The translations under genes and the position numbers were made by a program. The notes below the pieces were generated by a model. The model saw only the letters and a program-made list of their open reading frames with translations. It was not told the origin of the DNA and made no database searches. Below, piece after piece: positions 57,876 to 64,000 of a stretch of DNA of 64,000 nt; positions within the stretch are counted from its first letter, which is position 1; every line of letters starts with the position of its first letter. This DNA comes from an uncultured Planctomycetota bacterium (GTDB lineage Bacteria; Planctomycetota; Planctomycetia; Isosphaerales; Isosphaeraceae), in the NCBI GenBank assembly GCA_963823665.1, contig CAWGMQ010000008.1, positions 768,001 through 832,000 of the forward strand, read 5' to 3'.

Positions 57876-59991
57876 ATGTACACGAGAACCGGCTTTTTCG
57901 CGGCGGTTTCCGCCCTAGCGATGGCTCATGCCACAGCGCCGGCTTTTGCGCAGACGCCGGCCGAATACGCTCAGACCGCTGCCTACGCGGCCGCGCACCA
58001 GAACAAGGATGGTGGGTTTGCCGGCAAGCCGGGCGGGAAGTCGAGCCTGGGCGCGACCAATTCGGGCCTGAAAGTCTTGTTGCATGTGGGCGGCTCGGTT
58101 CCCGACATTCTGAGCTGCGTCAACTATGTCAAGTCGTGCCGCGACTCGAGCGGAGGCTTTGCGCCCGAGCCTGGAGGCAAGCCGGACGTCGTCACGACCG
58201 CGGTCGGCCTGATGGCTGCATCCGAGCTCAAGATCGCCGATGCGGAGCTCGTCAAGGCAGCGATCGGCTATCTCGGCAAGAACGCCAAGTCGTTCGAGGA
58301 AGTCAGGATGGCCATCGCTGGTCTTGAAGCGGTGCACACACCCTCGCCCGACTTTCCTCGCTGGCTGGAGGAGATCAACAAGCTTCGCGAGCCCGACGGC
58401 ACCTTTGGCAAGGGTGCAGGCAAGGCGTATGCAACGGGGGGCTGTGCCGCGGCGATCCTGCGTATGGGGATGAAGCTGGAAAACCGCGACGCGATCATCA
58501 GCGCGATCAAGGCCGGCCAGCACGACGGCGGCTGGTCCAAGGAAGACGGGCCTCCCGACCTCGGTGCAAGCTACCGCGTGATGCGGGCGCTTTACATGCT
58601 TGGCGAAAAGCCGGACGTCGATCGCTTGATGTCCCTCATCAAGACCTGCCGCCAATCCGACGGCAGCTACGCGAGCACGCCGGGTGGAACCGGCGACATG
58701 GGTGGAACCTATACGGCAACGATCATCACTCGGTGGGTCCGCCTTCTGACCGGCCTTCCAGCGGTGACCGAAACCGCGGGCTTCGCGCCCTTGGTCGCCG
58801 CCAAGGACCTGACCGGCTGGGAAGGCGATAAAGACCTCTGGTCGGTGGCCGACGGCATGATCATCGGCCGCTCGCCCGGCATCAATCACAACGAGTTCCT
58901 GGCAACGACTCGCCCGTTTGGCGACTTCGTCCTGGCGCTGGACTTCCGGATGATGGACGGCAAGGGCAACAGCGGCGTGCAGTTCCGCAGCATCCGCATT
59001 CCCAAGCGCGAGATGTCGGGCTATCAGGCCGACATCGGCGAAGGGTACTGGGGCTGCCTTTATGACGAGTCGCGCAGGAACAAGATCCTTGTGCAAGCAT
59101 CTGAAAATGCCAAGAAAGCGCTGCACAAGACCGACTGGAACCATTACGTCGTTCGCGCAATGGGAGATCATATCACGATAGGTCTGGGCGGCGCTTCGTC
59201 GGTCGACTACCACGAGAAAGACTCGAGCGTCGCCAGGTCTGGTCTGCTCGCGGTTCAGATTCACGCGGGCGGGCCGATGGAAGTGCAATACAAAGATGTG
59301 ATGATTCAAGAACTTCCCACGCCCACGGCGGAGAAGCCAACGGGCCCCGGGTTCCATCTCCGTACCATCAAGACAGAGCAGGGCGAGCGGAAGTACACCG
59401 TTTACCTGCCGAAGGGTTACGACGGCACGAGAATATACCCGGTCGTCTTGTTCCTCCACGGTGCGGCCGAGCGAGGGCAGGATGGTATTGTGCCGGCGCA
59501 GGTCGGGCTCGGCCCAGCGATCTTGCACCGGGGCGACTTTCCCGCGATTGTCGTCTTCCCGCAAGCTCGCGAGACCTGGGCGGCGAATTCAGCCGACATC
59601 AAGGCCGCGCTCGCGGCACTGGCCGACGTCATGACCGCCTACGCGACCGACCCCAAGCGCGTGGTGCTCACCGGGCTTTCGATGGGCGGACGAGGGAGCT
59701 GGGAGCTCGCAGCCGTCGCGCCCGCCACGTTCGCGGCCGTCGTGCCGATCTGCGGCCCGGGCCGACCCGACCAGGCAGCAAGGATGAAAGACCTGCCCGG
59801 TCTGGAGCTTCTGCGGCGATGCGGACCGCGCCACGACCGTGCTCAACATCCGGGCGATGATCGAGGCGCTCCAGCGCGAAGGCATCCATGCCAGGCTCAC
59901 GGAATATCGCGGTGTCGGCCACAATAGCTGGGACCGTGCCTACAATGATCCTGAGCTGCTCCAGTGGATGCTCGCCCAGCGCAAGCCCTGA
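57876..59991 (+). CDS. Secreted three-domain protein: prenyltransferase/squalene-cyclase-type repeats + DUF1080 + alpha/beta-hydrolase; frameshift near 59800
   Basis: QNKDGGF/SSGGFA/DGGW repeats; DLTGWEG, GNSGVQFRS, GYQADIG, LAVQIHAG; VLFLHGAAERG, TGLSMGG, and GVGHNSWDRAY after the shift. Confidence 0.8.
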
Positions 59992-60060
59992 GTCTCAACC
60001 GCAGGGATTCGCTCATCCGACTGCCGATTTCGAGCAAAACTCTTCAAGGACCCGTCAGTC

Positions 60061-61139
60061 ATGGAACAAAGGACGCTGGAGTTTCGTCGCCGGATTTCGA
60101 CATTGCCTGCTTTGGTGGCGCTCGCGGGTTTTCTCGCGGCCTCGCTGCCGGCCACGATCGCCGCCCAGGTACCCAAGCGCGCGGAATCGACTCTCGTCGA
60201 GGAGACGAGGACTTCGAATCTGCGGGACGACGCCAAGCTTTTCAGCGCCGCGGCGATCGCCGCCGCGCGTACCAAAGCTCCGCGACGTCGAAAGCAAGAC
60301 GGGCGTCGGGACGATGATCGCAACGGTTGAATCGGTGGGCGATCGATCGATCGAGGAGCTGGCGCCCGAGATGGCCAGACAGTCGGGCATCGAAGGCGTC
60401 TTTATCCTCATCAGCAAGAAGGAAAGGAAAATCCAGGTCCTGGTCTCGCATCGCTTGCTCGGGGAGACGATGAAACGGCAGCGCGACGTGATCCGAACGG
60501 CCTTCCTCGAGGGATTTCGCCGCGGCGATCTTAACGAGGGCCTCGAGCTCGGAGTCTTCGCGATCGAGGAATCGCTGCTCCTTGCCCACCGCGCCGGCGA
60601 GATTCCCGGACAGCCGGCTTTGGCGGCGACTGGTCCTCCCGGCAGACACCGCCAGTTCAGGCGGCCCGCTCGTGCTCCGCAACCAGGTTCGGCTGACTCT
60701 TTCCGGCGCCCGTGTATTGATCAGCGCCGCCCAGGAAAAGGCAAACTTGCTCAAGCTCAAGGTGAACATTGCTGTGGTCGATGACGGCGGCCATCTGATC
60801 GCGTTCGAACGAATGGATGGCGCTCGTCCAGCCAGCGGCTACACCGCGATCACCAAGGCCACCTCAGCCGCAACTTTTCGCCAGAACAGCGGGCCACTCC
60901 CGGCCGGCGCTCCCCTCCCCGATCCGCTATTGAACCTCAGTCTGCAGATGGCTGCCTCAGCCAGCGGGGGAAAGATCACAAGTCTTTACGGCGGCGTGCC
61001 GGTCGTCGTGGACGGGCAGGTCATCGGCGCAATCGGCGTTGGCGGCGGCACGGGTGAACAGGACACGCAGGTCGCAACCGCAGGCGTTGCGGCGTTGATC
61101 CAGAAAGTCAGCGGCGAGACGCCACAGCAAGCAAAGTGA
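60061..61139 (+). CDS. TPM-domain + GlcG/HbpS heme-binding domain fusion; frameshifts near 60275 and 60640
   Basis: Signal peptide, LRDDAKLFS, IATVES..GVFILISKKERKI (TPM); VNIAVVDDGGHLIAFERMDGA..AITKA..GGVPVVVDGQVIGAIGVGGG (GlcG). Confidence 0.75.
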
Positions 61140-61149
61140 TGCCCGGCCC

Positions 61150-61731
61150 CTACGGATTAATCTCGGCACCTTCCCAGCGGCCCGATTCGTTGCGGCGATA
61201 GATCCACCGGTTCTGTGGGTTACCATTGATCTCGAGAAGGTCGACTTCGTGAGGATCGAGCACGAGCAGGCAGAAATGAGCGGGAGGAGTTTCCGGGTCG
61301 GGATGAACCGAGGGAAGCGGCGTGGTGCCGTCGCGCGGCGCGCCGGGTGCCGGCCAGGTGAAGCTCACGCGCACCGCCTCGGCCAGCTCTCGCCAGGAGC
61401 TTCTTCTGGCATCGCGAAGCGCAGCGTCATCATTGTCGTGCCGCACCACCAGCGCGGCGCCGCTGATTCGATACTGTTCGTGCGTGACCGGAAAATACCA
61501 GCACACTTGCGCCCAGGGCGAATGTTCGAGGTCTTTAACCTTTTCACTTCGCGCGTCGGTGACGAAGGTCAAACGGGGGCTGTCGTTCAGGAATCCACGG
61601 AACACCAGCGTGCGGTTGGCGGGACGGCCGTCGCTGCGCACCGTCGCCATCTGCACGAATCGCGAGTAAGGTGCGTGCCGGTTCTGATGCAATGCCAGAA
61701 CAAGTGAGGGCAACCAGATTGTTTGTGACAT
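61150..61731 (-). CDS. Pyridoxamine 5'-phosphate oxidase-like FMN-binding protein
   Basis: QMATVRSDGRPANRTLVFRGF, TDARSEK, VCWYFPVTHEQYRISG. Confidence 0.88.
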   Translation of the reverse strand: MSQTIWLPSLVLALHQNRHAPYSRFVQMATVRSDGRPANRTLVFRGFLNDSPRLTFVTDARSEKVKDLEHSPWAQVCWYFPVTHEQYRISGAALVVRHDNDDAALRDARRSSWRELAEAVRVSFTWPAPGAPRDGTTPLPSVHPDPETPPAHFCLLVLDPHEVDLLEINGNPQNRWIYRRNESGRWEGAEINP

Positions 61732-61814
61732 ATCTCTATTCTGGACCGCTGTGTTCGCCACGGAAAGAGCATGCCGCCGGATTCGCCGCCCACAGTGCGA
61801 GCCGCCGGCGCTCG

Positions 61815-64000
61815 ATGCGCTCGCTCGCCGCGGCGCTACTCGTGCTTACGTGCCACGCGCTGTTCGAGCCGCACTCGGCCGCGCGCAGCGCGACCAGCCC
61901 ACCACCGAGCCAGTTCCGCACGGACAGGATATGGCGCCGAACCCTGCCCGAACGCCCGCCGAGGCGATCAAGGCGATGACGGTTCCCCCGGGCTTTCAGG
62001 TGGAGCTGGTCGCGTCCGAGCCCGATATCGTCAACCCCGTGGCCATGACGTTTGACGAGCGCGGCCGGGTCTGGATCACTGAAAGCCTCGAATACCCAAG
62101 GCGCCAGGCCGGCCCGGGACGCGATCGGGTGAAGGTGATCGAGGATACGGACGGCGACGGCAAAGCCGATCGGTTCTCGGTCTTCACGCAGGGACTCAAC
62201 ATCCCATCGGGAATTGCCGTCGGTCACGGTGGAGTCTGGGTCGCCAATTCGCCCGACATCCTCTTTCTCCAGGACCGAGACGGGGACGGCAAGGCTGATT
62301 TCAGCGAAGTCGTCGCCACGGGGTTCGGCCGGCACGACACGCACGAGCTGCCCAATTCTCTCACGTGGGGTCCGGACGGTTGGCTCTACGGCTGGAACGG
62401 CGTGTTCAACTCGTCGAGAGGTGGTTTCGAAGAACGGCAAGACATACGAATTCACGTGTGCGATTTTTCGAGTCCACCCCAGGACGCGAGTTTTTGAAGT
62501 CTGGTGCGAGGGCACGAGCAACCCGTGGGGCATCGCGATCGACCCGGAAGGCTCGTTCTTTGCGAGCGCCTGCGTGATCGATCATCTCTGGCACCTGGTC
62601 GAGAGCGGTTATTACATCCGCCAGGGCGGGCCTTATCCACCGTTCACCTGGCCGATCGAGTCGATCGTCGATCATAAGCACCAGAAGGCGGCTTATTGCG
62701 GCATTCACTACTTTGATAGCCCGGCGTATCCGGCGGAGTATCGCGGCAGGCTCTACATGGGCAACATTCACGGAAACGCAATCAACGTGGATGTACTCAG
62801 CCGCGATGGCTCGACCTACAAGGCCGAGCACCGAGGCGATTTCCTGCGGGCCAATGACGCGTGGTTCATGCCGGTCGTCCAGAAGACCGGGCCCGACGGC
62901 TCGCTCTATATCCTCGACTGGTACGACCGGTACCACTGCTACCAGGACGCCAATCGCGACCCCGCCGGCATTGACCGGCTCAAGGGCCGGCTGTACAGGG
63001 TGAGGTACAAGGATACCCCGAGGCGAATCGGGTTCGACCTGGCCAGATCGAACGATGACGAGCTGATCAATCTATCTGGGCAGCCCGAACGTATACGATC
63101 GTGACATCGCTCAGAGGCTGCTCTCCGAGCGAGCGTCGCCCACCATCCGCGCGCGGCTCGAATCGCTGGTCCTCGCCGAAAACGCGCCGCGCACCGCGCG
63201 GATGCATGCGCTCTGGTCGCGCCTGGGCAGCGGGCCGCTCGAGCCTTCCTTCCATGCCAGGCTCCTCGAGCACACCGATGCAACGCTCCGAGCCTGGGGC
63301 GTGCGCAGCGGGAAATCAACGCACGGTCGAACGCGCGATCAGCGATCGCATTCTGAAGCTGGCAACCGACCCCGCGCCGGACGTCAGGCTTCAAGTCGCG
63401 ATCGCCGCTCGCAAGCTCGATGGTGTCGACGCGATGCGGCTGCTGCTCGACGTCCAGCAGTCGAGCTACCACGACCCGCTGATTGCACCGATCGTCTGGC
63501 AGAACTTGCTTCCCTCCATCGAGACACGCCAGGCCGAGCTTGCTGAGCGGCTCGGCGGAAACAGAGGTAAGGAATCTGGTCTGACCACGCTTATCCCGCG
63601 AACGATCGAGCGACTGCTTGAAGGCAAGGAGACACGCGCGGCGTCAATCGCTCAGCTTGTCGCCGCCACGAGCGACGACGAGTCGACTGTCGAAGCTCTC
63701 GACGTGGTCCTCGAGCGCTTCCGCAATCACAGCCTGCCTCCCGCGCGAAGACGCGCTTCGCAATCAGCTTAACGTCGCTCTCAAGTCGATCGCCCAGGCT
63801 CGGGACCATATCAATGAATATGCAACTGTAGCCCGGGCTTATTGCGGCGATCACGAAAGCCTGACCAAGGCGGTTGAGTGGGCCAGGGCAAGCGCCTTGA
63901 ATGAAGATCCGGACGACCGCGCAGCACCGCGAACAGATACGCATTCGTGCTCTGCAAGCGGTCTTTTATCGGAAGCTCAAGGGCCTCGAGGGCGGATTGA
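61815..64000 (+). CDS. PVC-type membrane-bound dehydrogenase/heme-binding protein, N-terminal part; several frameshifts, appears to run off the window
   Basis: PPGFQVELVASEPDIVNPVAMTFDERGRVW, EDTDGDGKAD, NSLTWGPDGWLYG, GTSNPWG, TGPDGSLYILDWYD, then HEAT-like repeats. Confidence 0.85.

Noticed and set aside
57915..59564. 549-aa minus-strand ORF
   Set aside because: Antisense shadow of the motif-rich 57876 gene.
1..64000. tRNA, rRNA, transposase or integrase genes
   Set aside because: None recognised by eye; tRNAscan-SE, barrnap and ISEScan would be needed to exclude them formally.

Overview
GC-rich bacterial DNA, most likely a Planctomycete (Isosphaeraceae-like), judged from LExLExR-type leader peptides, a kinase-linked ECF sigma factor, PVC-type heme proteins and a GTAG-type REP. 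Many genes are split by single-base frameshifts that look like long-read errors, so several ORF-track fragments are single genes. In order: a partial type II secretion/type IV pilus set (secretin probably fused to LysM, truncated prepilin peptidase, DUF5658, GspE/PilB); a cytochrome c/sugar-dehydrogenase protein; a WD40 protein; a candidate defence pair (AAA_14-DUF4143 ATPase plus a ~1,590-codon SIR2-degenerate STAND-helical repeat protein); PL10 pectate lyase; a Ser/Thr kinase and ECF sigma pair; two short divergently transcribed secreted proteins; a ~22 kb giant surface protein gene (beta-helix repeats, PKD, FG-GAP, RTX, metzincin, Ig-like); an RRM-ArsR-RRM cluster with a structured leader; further surface, signalling and enzyme genes. 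The most striking observation is at 17-44.5 kb. Three ungapped copies of a promoter-like element (GTCAG-RTCC-RCC-N8-CCGSTA) lie in front of two mini-proteins. Each mini-protein has the same type of secretion leader as the giant protein plus one copy of its 'GNxIGTD' repeat, and the unit sits divergently next to the kinase/ECF pair. The SIR2 locus is the second candidate novel system. No rRNA, tRNA, CRISPR array or transposase was recognised.
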